Shown: positions 11,616-24,100 of the stretch, in pieces
Numbering within the stretch: the first letter of the stretch is position 1
Layout: each line of letters starts with the position of its first letter
DNA from: Gonapodya sp. JEL0774
Taxonomy: Eukaryota
Direction: 5' to 3'
DNA: 64,000 nt
Assembly: GCA_027604505.1 (NCBI GenBank)
Contig: JADIIX010000102.1
Coordinates: forward strand, 1 to 64,000
The notes under the pieces: model-generated
Seen by the model: only the letters and a program-made list of their open reading frames with translations
The model's database searches: none
What the model was told of the DNA's origin: nothing
Translations under genes and position numbers: made by a program

Positions 11616-14600
11616 TCACTTCGCAAACTCAATCTGTCCATTCTCGTTCAAGGGCAGCATATCTGGGAGCGGGAGCGGGAGGGGGATAGGGGCATGAGAG
11701 AGAGAGGGGAAATACGAGACAGGGAGACTATCGTAAACAAAAGAAAATGGCTCGGAAAAGCGCACCATTATGCTCACATTCTGGTATTACTCGCAGGCAG
11801 TATTTGGTTAAGGTGATGTCTTGCCGAATTCGTCCAATGAGTATCTGAAATACGATTGCGACAAGGACCAGCCACGCAATATCAACCCCATAGAGAACGT
11901 AATTGAGCATTGTAAGATCTATCGACGAGCGTTATTAAGTTACGAGTAGTTGAGCCTTAGGCTGACGATTTCTCACTTTGCATGGCGTCATCTTTGTCCT
12001 TGAGGTATGTCTGGGTGAGGTTGTGCAGGCCGACACTGAAGTCCGTCTCTGCGGCTCGAATGATGAATTGCCAGAGCTAAATGAGAGCATTGTTGGATTG
12101 GCTAAGACAGTACGCTCTTTTTCGTCAGTGTCTCACATCGTCTTCTATGTAAATATGATTGTCGTCCGGATAGCGAGATATCATCTGCTGTTGAGCGTTT
12201 ACGAACGCCTGATATAACCCAAAAAGTCCTGTGATCGCACAACAACAATCAAAATGGCAATGTTTTGAGTGCTCAGTTACAAGTTGAGTCCACTCACCAT
12301 AAGTTGCCCTATCATGCATGGGATATGATGTTTTAGAATGACAGGGATTCTCATTCAATAGGCAAGACGGAGTGTAGAGTAACTGACGACGGGTCAGACT
12401 ATCTCGAAGCAAGTTCTCAGATTCAGTTGCATTTGTGTTTCCAAACACCATAAGGTTAAAGGAGGCGACAAAGTTATCGAGCGCAATTTGAAGAGCCTCA
12501 TCAACACCGTGGGAATTACTATGTGTGATTGCACAGCAGATAAGCCAAGAATGAGATGTTTCCTGCGACACATTTGCAATTGCTGGCTTGGACTCACTCG
12601 ACCAAAACATTCATCGGTTCGTTGGAGTCATCGACCACGTACATCGCATAGTAAACAGTCAACAGCGCCTGAAACTCCACCTTAGGCCCCAGAACCAGGA
12701 AGTTCGTGAACGCCGCATTGTTGGAAGTGGCATCTGAGACAACCTTCATGTTTAAAGCCAGAAGAAGCAACTCGATCAAGAAACAAATGGATATAAATCT
12801 TGTGAATGGTCGTGTGACCACGAGCTGGTATGCCATGTTGAAGAGATAGAACAGCGACCAGCTTTCTCCATTCCGATCCGAGTCAGGAGGCTTCCCGCTG
12901 AAAACCTCCTGGCTTCGTTCATCACCAACAGCTTCATTTACTTGAGCGCTTTTTATAACTTCGGGTCCCCTCGATGATGGCATTTCTTTTTTCTCCACAT
13001 CTCGTTTTCGGGAAAACTTGCTCCTTATCTTCAATAGCCCCGGACGGTTTGACGAGTGTGGACGGTGTGCTTCCTGCACAGAATTAAAACTCTCTTCTTC
13101 AGCATCTTCATCGTCGCTTAGCCGGGAGTCCGCGTCCTCAATGGTATCCAACGTCGGGGGCTTCCTCGGTACCGAATCTCCGGATTCGCCTTCATTGTCT
13201 GTCGGAACAGCGGCTTTCTTATTCGAGTGTAAATCATCATCTGAGTCACTTATAAGAAAACTGTTCGGCTTGATGTCTGGATGATGTGACCATGACACTT
13301 TCCGTCGCATGAACTGATCATCGTTACGGACATCTTCTGCGAAAACAGCGATTTCCTTGACTTTAAGTTTTCCAGATTCATCCTGGAGAAAATCTTGCGA
13401 GGTTCTTTCGTCCTGACCACCGTATGCCGCAATATCCCGACATATCGCTAGTTGAGTCAAAAGTCGCTTTCTGTTTCGCTTGCCAATTCTTGAAAGGATC
13501 ACAGCTTTCGAGGGAGCATACTAAGCGTAACTCTACACGATTCAAATATTTTGAAAGACTATTGGTATCATGAACTTACATGTGATGTGCTCCGATGCAT
13601 CGGTATTGTACATCCTGAGTGAGTTACGTAGTGTTATGTCGAATGCACCATGAAAATTAGCCCGACTTACTTGAACTTTGCATGGAAAACACCTACGCAG
13701 AAATTAATGCAGATTCAGAAATTTTGTAGCGTGAATATGAACACAAACAACTTACCAATGATGAACACCATTATTAGAAAAATAAGGACAAGGCTGAAAG
13801 GAAGAGATCGCGATAGTCATTCGGATTTCACGCAACCATCCGAAACTTACTTGGCAGCGTTGACCTGAAGCGTTCATTCAAGTAGTACAATAAACCTTCT
13901 GATTCTGCGTTTGAAAACAAAAAAGCTCTCACCCAGCTGTTCACTCGCTGGGTATTCTCAAGTTGCAGAGTACTAGATAGCCCCTTGAAACGAAAGAAAC
14001 CAAATGAGCCTCAATGGGAGCCACAATGGATAGCTTGTAGACATTCACGAACCTGCTGTTCAATTAGATGGAGACACCATTCATACATCAAATCAGCCCC
14101 GTGATGCTAAGCAGATGATTGGTTTAACGGTTAGGGGAGCTTTCAAAAAAGCATGGCCAAACGCACCCTCGCAGCTTCGTTAAGGAGTGGATTTGTCACC
14201 GAGAATGTCAGCGTTGAACCACCGCGTGTACTGCAATTCAAGGCAAAAACTTACCCCATTGTAATTGAGGGGAGTTGATTGCATCAGGGAATGTCGTATA
14301 ATTGTACTTATCTGAGGGATTTGTCAGCTAAGTAGTTTGGGCATATATTAACCACATCCAACTCACCGGCGACGTCACCCATAGCCGAAATGAAGGTATT
14401 AGTTAGTGTTGCAAAGTTGGTCGGGGATTGCAAATACAACTCGGTAACATTTGATGAGGGTAGGAGAATAGACCAGTCCTCGAACAGTTTCTTGATCGAA
14501 GAGTCACCCAGCTCACGCATCGTGTTGATTCCCACTGCCAAATCGATTATGTACTGTCGAAGCTCATCTCGATGAAGCTCAAAAAGTGTTTCGGACTTGT

Positions 14601-17600
14601 ACGAGCAGGAGTCCTAGGGAGAACAATCCAAACAACAACGAAGAAACACATTTTAGTGTTGAGATAAGCCAAACATTCGGATATACACATTAGCTTGACT
14701 TACTTCAATTAATTTGAGCCATGCCACATTTAGACGGACAGCAGATCGGAGAACGTCACCGGACGAAGGAATCAAGCCGATCAACTGACTTGTGTTGCCA
14801 ATTTGGACTTTGGCGAATACAATACTGACTACGTGAAGGAGGCACTGTTCCCAAAACACCACAGTGTCTACTCATGAAGTTGCAAAAGATACTTCAAAGC
14901 TTACTGACCACAAGAAGCAAGCAAACGTGCACGAAATGGAGCATCTTCTCTGTCCGTCCATAATGCTCATCGGTGAAGCTGGAGTAGTTTCCTTTGTCCC
15001 CTCTCTCAGAGCGACTGCTTACTGAAGAACTGTGCGATTGGGATTCTCCGTACGAAGATCCAGTGGCATCTTGCTCCTTGAAAACGCCTTCAAGGTCGCG
15101 GGCTGCGGCCAACAGTCGAACCGCCTCTGCTTTGTCGTTAAAGACCTGTTAGGGTCACAAAACTGCTGTCACAGAGAAAATCATGAAAGTGGGCATAGCC
15201 TCCTGACGAAAACTCGCCTCCTCATACAGCCGCGCTGAAAATGTTCAACGGTGATAAGTTGTCGTTCTTCACCGTACGGCCATTAAAAAGACGTACCCTT
15301 AAGAGCCATCGCTTCTCTTGCATCTGGGAAGTCTTTCAATAGTTGACTGTATGCTTTGTCTGCTTTTGCAGCCTTAGAAACAAGCTGAACAGTAACAAAC
15401 GCAAAGTCCTTTTGCAGAGTGGCCTTCATTACGCTCATTTTCAAGAGCTTTCGAGCGCACACATAAATGTCGTTGTGGTTCTTGGTGGCGGAATCATAGT
15501 ACCTATCGAGAAATACTGGTCATGGGGATAGCATATGTATCCAATAACACCCGAACTGACTTTTTAAACTTCAGAATATCTTGAAAATGGCGATCAAGAG
15601 TAACTGATATTAATTCAAGATATCGGAAACGTTCCTTAAGTTCCTTACCTGTGATTGATAGACCCGTTTGGCCGACGCGCATTTCCGCCTCACGCGCGGA
15701 TTCGATGTCTTTTGCGAGCCCATACAAGGCAACACGAACATCTATGGGTGGTCTGCTAGCCTTTGCACGAATGAGCAATGTCAAGGCGGTGTTCGCGTCC
15801 CTGGCTGAAGGTTAAATGATTGTGTGTAACATGATGGTGTGAAAGAATAGTGAATCGATTGAGCTCATTCATACCCAGGTAGTATTCAAGGTACGCGCAA
15901 GTTAGAAGAAACATTCCCGAATCAACCTGAAAGGTTAAAAAACATCGTACCGGAAACAGCCATATTCAGAAAAGGAAGCGCCCAGCACCTTCATCGATTC
16001 GGCTATGCTGAGATACATTTCTCGGAGTACCGCAATGTGATCTCTACGCTCTGTGCGTGAATAAGTATCCCAGTCATCGATAATTTTCTGTTGGATTGAG
16101 TCACGTCAGCGTCACATAGCTTGCACAACGAGTGTACGTCTCCTCTGAACTTCATATCAGGTTTCTCCGGCGGTTCCACTTTACTCACCTTAATCAGCAA
16201 GTAGTAGTCCGTTTCAAAAAGCTGTGAGGATGTGCCACATGTGAATTGCAGGTTTATTACCAGATGTAAAGAGGAATGAAACCTCGGATTCTCAACCACC
16301 ACCGACCAGGTTTCCAAAACGCATGGGTTTGATCGCTGACAAATCCATCGCCGAGTTAAACACATTGTCGTATGCTTCCGTGGGCTTGCCCTCATTTTGC
16401 AAATCTGGAGAGAGCTGACCGTGTGGTGAGTTGGCAGTCCACAGAAGCATTCTCACGGAGTGCGTGCTTTCACTCACTTTGGCAAAATAGCGATTGTAAA
16501 GCATACAGAACTGTTTGTAGCGCACATCAGACAGTAGTATACCTGCGAGTGGACCATGGAAGCGATTAATTTTGAAGCACAAATTACAGAAAATTCGAAA
16601 CATACCAAGAACAAACGCGAAGCCGAGATACCCTATGGCACCCATTTCTTCTTCAAGTTTAATATGCATTAAGAATGGAATACAAGCGGCCGCCACAACT
16701 GCCATAGAGCCGGTCCTGAATTGATTCAAGTACTGTCTGTAGAACGGCACATGGACGATATGAAACAGGCATTGAATCAACGCTGTTATCAACACCACAA
16801 TAAGAACAATAGTTTTCCCTCCTTCGGTAGATCCGAAGAATGAATTAACGAAGGAGATGGCAACCTGAGAGTATGGCGCAAAAGTCAGCTTGTCCAAACC
16901 TAACATGCATTTTGAAAGATTAAGTCATGACTCACTCTGCCAAGCGTAAAAACAAGCTCAACTCGACCGTGGGGCTTGGATTCGGCACTTTTCAACTTTG
17001 GATTATAGTCAACGTACAGCCAGCCCGATAGAACTGCGAATGGAACATACTGAAAATGCCGGAAGAGACGGTCATGAAATCAAAGTCAATGCTTATGTCA
17101 AATCTGTTGCCACTCACTATAACCAGTGACACTACGGACATGATAAGGAGGCCTGCATGAGCACCACTCTTACAATCCCAAGACTCATCGAAGTGGTGGT
17201 GTATGAAATCGCAGTCAAATGGAAGAAGAAGTACGTCCAAGTTGATAACAAGCTGATTGTGTGACGTCCACAGTCTCCCATGAGATGGTTGGTGGTAACG
17301 AGCTACCTGCGTGCAAGAATACTTACGAACGCTGAAACGAAGAGTCCGACAAACTGAAAGCAATTGTTGACAACGAAAGAAGGGTGATAATGAATGCCTT
17401 TCTCTGCCTACCAAGCGCAGAACCTAGGCCGCAAAGGAAAGCAACAATGTCAGCACCTGTATACCTATCAGGGCTAAGGATCCAGTCACCTCCACTGGCC
17501 ACAGCCAATCTACTTTCTGATCTTTGAATCTGCGTTGAGAGGAGGAGGACATCAGAAGGGGTGCACTCAACACAACGCCTCAGCGTTCCATGGTGAGATT

Positions 17601-18397
17601 CCAATACCATCAATATGACGAGGTCTCCGAGGTGTTGCTGGCAAGTTACGCAAATGAATTTTCCTTCTCCACGGAGGTAGTACCGGAGACTGTTCACTGT
17701 GTGTCTCTCCATTCGAACCCCACCTTGCAGATTTCGCAGGATGGGGTGTTCCAACCGTGCACACAAGTTCAGTCCATTCTTGGACTCACATTTTTGCCAC
17801 GTAAAGTACGATGGCTAAAATCCCCAGAATCATAACCGCCAGTACCACCTCAAAAGTAATCAACACGGACATCGGGGCTCCAAAAGACGACCACATTCTC
17901 CTGCTATCCAAAGCCGTAAAAACATTCTGAGAATACGGAAGAGAGATTGCAGAAAGTCGAATAAGTATTTGAAGGTGCCTCACCAAGTGGTGACACCTAC
18001 AGTGAAAGTTCCAGGAGGCCACGATGACTCGCTCGACAGTACAACAATTGCAAAGATCTGCAGCCAGTCTAGCAGTGCCGCGACGAGAGACAGGAAGATC
18101 GCTGCGAAATTTTGCTCAGTTTGGGAATCTTAGTTCGAAAGAAAAGAATGACTCACATTTCCTTGTCGTGAAGCCATCACTATCACCTCTTAGGACATAG
18201 TAAACTCCTGCTCAGAATTCATTACCGCCATCAACATCAAGCGAGACACGAATCACCGCGTTAGATCACAGCTGACCCAGCCGCTAGCTTCTGCTTCTAT
18301 CTCAAACTCATCGCGACCCACCAGCAATCGCTTCCTCAACCGCGCCATACGTTAACGTAAGCTGCTGCTGACCTGCACGCTGGTCGGAGTCAGACAT
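11616..18397 (-). CDS. Large multi-pass membrane protein, TmcB/TmcC (tiny macrocysts)-like, many exons
   Basis: N-terminal TM block (DWLQIF; HVPFYRQYLNQFRTG), TPR-like YLEYY...ALTLLIRAKASRPPIDVRVALY, further TM segments, and a C-terminal TM followed by LRVIPE. Splice-consistent start at 18397 and stop at 11616. Confidence 0.6.
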
Positions 18398-18541
18398 TTC
18401 GTGGGTTGAAGGGCAATTGATCGATCGGCCTAACCGAAAGAGGTTGTGCCTCTCAAAACAGGCCGCGGCGAATGTGTATGTAATATCAAACATTTTCTCA
18501 ATGGTAATTGGCCCTCCTCTCATGTTCGTACAGTATCCACC

Positions 18542-20926
18542 TTACTCCCTCGCTGCCACAGCATTGTTGAACAGCACATCCTTCAACATTTGAGATATCA
18601 ACCCGTGCGCCGCCTCACTCGTAGTCTTGAAGCTGAGCAGAGTTTGAACGTCGCATCATGAGCACACAAACACTAATCCGATCTGTTAGCAAACAACTCA
18701 CCTATCTTTGTTCACCTTCACCAACGGACCCTCCTCTTTCTTCTCCTTCCCTTCACTTGCAGGTCCCCCAGCATACACACCCTGAGTCCCACCTCGGGAA
18801 CTTGAGGCTCCACCGCCACCGAGGACCCCAAAGCCGTGTTGCGACAACGAAGTGTCCGCTTGTTCGAGTTTCTCGGCCAAGTCGAGAATTTGACGCGATC
18901 GGAAAGGGCGGTTCTAATAGTCCGCGTTGATGAGTAATACCCGATAGGTTATAGGTGGGCAGATGGTGTGGAAAGTATGGTATCAAGGCCAGCTCTTTGA
19001 GAGTACAGGAAACGCCGGAAAGGACAAAAAACACCACCACGAACCATTATTAGAGGACTAGAACTCAGAGTGTTGACCCAGTACTTGTTCCAAAGTAAAT
19101 CCAGTAGATGGGAGTCAAGCGAGGATTTGAAGGTGGAGATTTCGAGTTGATAGTAGCTGCGGAGCCCGGTTCAGCGTGTTATCACTGCTCCTCAAGATGA
19201 GAATTGCTGTAATGATCCTCATCCTTGTACCAACCTCTTTACATGCACACCGAAGTCTTCAATCTTGCTCAGAGGAATGCTTTGATACTCAGAGGCCGGC
19301 TCGTCAGGTGGCCGGTAGTCCTTGGGATATGTCCGGAATGCGCCGATTTCAACCTTGCCAGAGCTGATGGTACGGTTGGGGTCAATCTGTACGGACATCA
19401 AAGAGATTTATACAGGTTAAGGAGATCGTGCTTGTGAGTGACCATCATTGGAATACCCAACAAATATTAGCAGCGTGAAACAGAAATCTGTAAATCTCTC
19501 CTCGTACGGCAGTCTTCTTCATCCAATTCGTCCTACAGAACACGATGCAACATCCTGGATCGCTTGCAATCCAGGCAATCTCCATCCAGAAAGCAAGTAT
19601 TGAACCCCACTCACCACCACAGCCAGCCACGGCTCCTGAAATTGTTGATTGAGCATTTGGGTCGACACGTCGATACCAGATAACCAGCAACCGTAGCCCG
19701 GGTGGGAGTGGTACCAACCGATCGCGTTTTCGAGGCGGTCAACCTGACGAGTGGGAAGGTGGGCCATGAAACGAGGTGGATACAAAAATATCACACCAAT
19801 TTCACGGCCATTTTGACACACAGTGAGAGTGGTATCTTGATTCGACACTTGAGCCTTCAACAGTTCTTTTGCGCACTCGCCAACACCAAATCCCAAAAAA
19901 CGGATAAGTAGCTCCTGCACCACCAACTCACCTCCTTTATTTTGTCCAAGTACTGCACCATGTACTCGTACCCCTCCGCCTGGGCGTTAACCCTTGTCTC
20001 TGTGCCCTCGACGGGCAGCGCAAAAGAGTCCATGACGATCATCGTGTCGCCTTGAATTTTGCCTTGCATGAGACCCATGACTTCGAGGGCACCACCAGAG
20101 CGGGCGTGCATGACCTTGTAAGATGGGAGGAGGTGGAGAGGTGGTAAGGCTGGTGACTCACACATAAACCGCAATAACGACTGAAGGCCTTCTTCCAAAC
20201 TCGGGAACACGTTGGACGGTTTTCACCCGGCGAGAGCTTTCTGCGTTTTTTATCATATCATCAGTTTCCTGCCCGTCACGTCCACGCATTTCCGCCTTGC
20301 AGGACATCGGCTGTGATTCAGATCTTGCAGATCAACTAGAGAAGACAGCCATCACTGTGTCTAGAGGTCTTGTGTACGAAGACAGAGAGCCGAAGAGCCA
20401 ATTCAGTGAGTCGTGCTGTGGTCTCGTAGTCAAGCTGCTTCCCCCAGTTGTTCCTGCTCCATCTCGCATTGCCGGAATGTATGAAGTTAGAATAGAACCA
20501 CCACGTACCATTTTGATAAGGGCAGCTGCAGATATCCGGACCTTTTTGAAGTAATGTGGACTGTATTGAAAGTGCAGGGCGGCGTTAGAACCGCCAAGAA
20601 TGCTTCAAAAAGTGGAAGCAATCCACTCATTCGATGACTAGGCAAGGAGTAAGAGTCGTGACTCACTCCTTTGTCCACGGTCTGCCCTGCATGGCCTTTT
20701 GCTGCTCAGCATTATCGAACTTGAATACAGCGTCTGTGACTGAAGGATCGAGGCCCTGGGAAGCCGTGGATCCGTTGGGAGCCGGTTGTCTAAGTGAGTC
20801 AAGTGGTATTGCTCCTTGGAGAGCCGAGTCGTCAGTCTTGACATTGTTTTCGAGTTCCCATCTGCGCTGAGCATTTTTCGAGTCAGAGTGAGTTAGAGAC
20901 GGGTGTATTTTGGACGAAGATGCCAT
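18542..20926 (-). CDS. CSN5: COP9 signalosome subunit 5 (JAMM deneddylase)
   Basis: [57 protein letters not shown] motif [39 protein letters not shown]. Confidence 0.96.
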
Positions 20927-21137
20927 GGCTACGAAAGCTTTAATTCTTGAAGCAGGCGAGGGAAAGAGAGCGGCACACGAAGCGCGGTTCGATGGGCGAA
21001 GAATTAAATTGAATGTCAGTCGCAATTTGGGTCAAGTTTGGAAGTTGGCGGGGGAAGGTTGTTGGTTCGTTGATGGCTGTGGAGTGAAGCCCGGGCAAAA
21101 TCTTCCATTCTGCTGGTGCAGAACAAATCAATCACTA

Positions 21138-24100
21138 ATGTCAAGACGACGAGATGACGACGAAGACTCGGGAATATCAGCGATTCGGAGACTTAGAGAG
21201 GCAAAGAAGAAGGGAATATCTCGTCTTTCGGAGCTCAAGGTCTGTGGAACTCAAATCTCGACTGTGTCCTCGCGACCTGCAGCGATTTGATTTGTCTTGC
21301 TTTCTGACGAAATCGACCTGGAATCTCCAATTTCTCTCTGATTCGCTCCAAATCATTCAATTGCTTCCATTGCTTTCCCCGATCCGTCACAATCGGTCGT
21401 ATTCTACAATTTCCCTACACGTATCCGTTCGGTTATCCGACCGCACTGCGACACGTCCATCCTCTCTAATCCAGTTCGACGACGACGAATCTATTTTTGA
21501 AAAAGTCACTGAAGAAGATTATGACAATATCGTACGCAACAGACTCAAGGAGGATGACTTCGTAGTGGACGATGATGGTCGAGGTTATGCTGACAATGGC
21601 GAGGAAGTGTGGGACAGGCCTCACAAGTACGAAGAAACTGAGACATCCTCAGATGAGGACGATGGAAAGGCAGGTGAGACTCGCGGGGCTGATTTGAGTG
21701 AGCCGGTGGCGGAGGGACCGAATCTGGAGACTTTGGCGAGAGTACGAAAAGAGCGTAATCCGGTTAGTTTCCGCGAAACTACTGCTCCTCTTGTGGGTGA
21801 AACTGATCGTCGTGGATTCAGTTCGAGTGCTCGCGGTGGGGAGACTATACCTAGTCTGACCGACACCAGCCGTGTTCCCGAAGTAGGCCATGGAACATAA
21901 AGCTGCTCAACTGTTCAAGTCGGCGGAGGTTCTGAGCGGAATTCGGTCGCCTGGTGAGAAACGGAGAGGCATTCAGGGAATCTGGAAGCCGGCTGTGAAA
22001 TGTGCGGATGATTCCATCGGCGCATCTCACGAGCATTAAGTGCTTGTGCCAGCTGCATTTGTCGATTTTTTATTGATCGCTCAAATACTACCACACCTCC
22101 TTCAACCTTACCCAGGCAAGCGCAAGCGCAAGAAGGACTCTAATCGCCCAGTCAAGCATGAAGCACGTATCACCACAATGTTCTCTAAAATGGCGGCAAG
22201 TGGAAAAGCGGGTGGTGCCGGCAAACAGGGGCAAACTGTCAAAGTGAGAATCATACCTGGCATCACATTCGCGACTCTAATTCATCCTACCTCAAATGCA
22301 ACCGACCGTACAGGTGACAGCCGCACCCATAAAAACAGCACCTACGGCCCAAGTTGATGACGACATCCTAGCCTCTGTCCTCGGCAACCTCGACGCGGTC
22401 GCTGCGGATCCACTTCCGCCGGCTGCTAAGCGCGCCAAGTTTCCCAATCCCGGAATCTCCTCATCATCTACTAGTTTATCACGCCAAGGACAAAGTTTGG
22501 GCTTTGGGCGGACCACGAAACCAAATATGGACGATGTGAGGGAGCTGGAGCGCATAGCCGTGTTTGGCAAGGCATCCGACGCGAGAAACGCTGCCACCGA
22601 GATTGCAGTGAAAGAATTCCAAATGGAGGAGGACGAATTGGTGCGTAGGCATGAGCTGGGGGAGTTCTTTGTTGTGTCTTTTGGATCTTAGATCTCAGGA
22701 AAACGCACTGTGTGCGTGGTCACTCGCTCAAATGTCTGCAATTGGAACTCCACCGTCTCCTATGCACCATTACTATGTACCTATCCCCTCCCCCAGGCTC
22801 ACGCTGCCCAACTACCCCCCACAACCGGGGACCTCAACCTTGCGTTCAGTTGGGATGATGACTCCGTCGTCCACCCCATGGATACAACCGAACCTGGTTC
22901 TTCGTCTCCAACTCGTCCTGTGTCGGGTCCTGCTCCACCACCCACAGCACCCGCTCTCAAAGTCCGCGCTGTGCAAACTCGTCCAACAACCTCAAAGTCC
23001 TCTGCATCCTCGGCTTCTCTGCTACCCACTTTTGCACCTCTTCCTTCCGCCACAGCGTCGGCGCCTGCTGCTCGCGCCACCGTCGTTTCTGCTCCCGAGA
23101 ACTCAAATGCTGCCGGGTGGCAGACCGTTGTGGCATCCATGGAGGGTGCCACGACCTCGTCTGACGCCGATGCAGGCCTTGGATCCGGCAATGTTAGCAG
23201 CACCTCACCCGTCTCCAGTGCCAACGTGCTTGAATCGGATGGCTCTCTCCGTTTGTACTGGATGGATGCCCACGAGCGTTCCGGAGTCGTGTATGTGTTT
23301 GGCAAAGTGAAGGACAAAGCATCCGGCAAGTTTGTGAGCTGCTGTGTGACAGTGAATGGAATCGAGAGGAATTTAGTCGTGGTGCCAAGAGCTTACAAGC
23401 TAGATGGTAACGTTCTGTTGTCCTTGTCAAGCGAGTGACCACCTTGAACCAGTTCGCTTATGCATCAGACACGGGCACCCCAACGGACATCCCCGTGGAG
23501 TTTCTCGATGTGTACAACGAGTTCAACGCACTTCGTCACAAATACAAGATCAGCGAGTGGAAGGCAAAGCCTGCGATCAGAAAATACGCGTTCGAGATTG
23601 ACGGTGTGCCTACGGAAGAAACAGAGTACCTAAAGGTCAAATACTCCTTTCAGCGTGAGTTGATAATGGAGGCGTTTTGTGTCACTGAGATCCATTGTGG
23701 GAAGGTCTAGCACTCATCTAACGAGATTTTGGCGGCTCCTAGAACCGGAGCTCAAGGATGTGTCGCCCGGCAAGACGTTTTCCCACGTGTTTGGGACCAA
23801 CACCACTGCCATGGAACTGTTTTTACTTAAGAGGAAGCTAATGGGACCGTGCTGGATCGATATCAAAGACCCAAAATTTGGTAACAAGATGGTAATTGCG
23901 TGCGCTATCATAATACCGTACACAATCATCTATTTATGCTATTCTCCTCAATCGTAGATCTCTTGGTGTAAAATTGAGGTTGTTGTGGCGGACCCCAAGT
24001 CTTTAACCCCTGTTCCTGACAACGAGCAGCCTTGTGCTCCACCCTTCACTGTCATGGTGCTTAACACCAAGACAGTCATGAACTCGCAGAAACATATGAA

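Noticed and set aside
20230..20270. CTGATGA...GAAA on the minus strand in the CSN5 intron, resembling a hammerhead ribozyme core
   Set aside because: Stem II cannot form (tatg...cgca, no G-C closing pair) and no matching stems I/III were found.
20195..21895. Shared short motif gtgttcccga...aggcc in the CSN5 and POL1 introns
   Set aside because: Only about 10 nt, in different structural contexts; compatible with chance.
22799..23329. Long antisense ORFs overlapping GC-rich exons (also 28387-29064, 54161-54967, 60569-61057)
   Set aside because: Shadow ORFs of real coding exons with no recognisable motifs.
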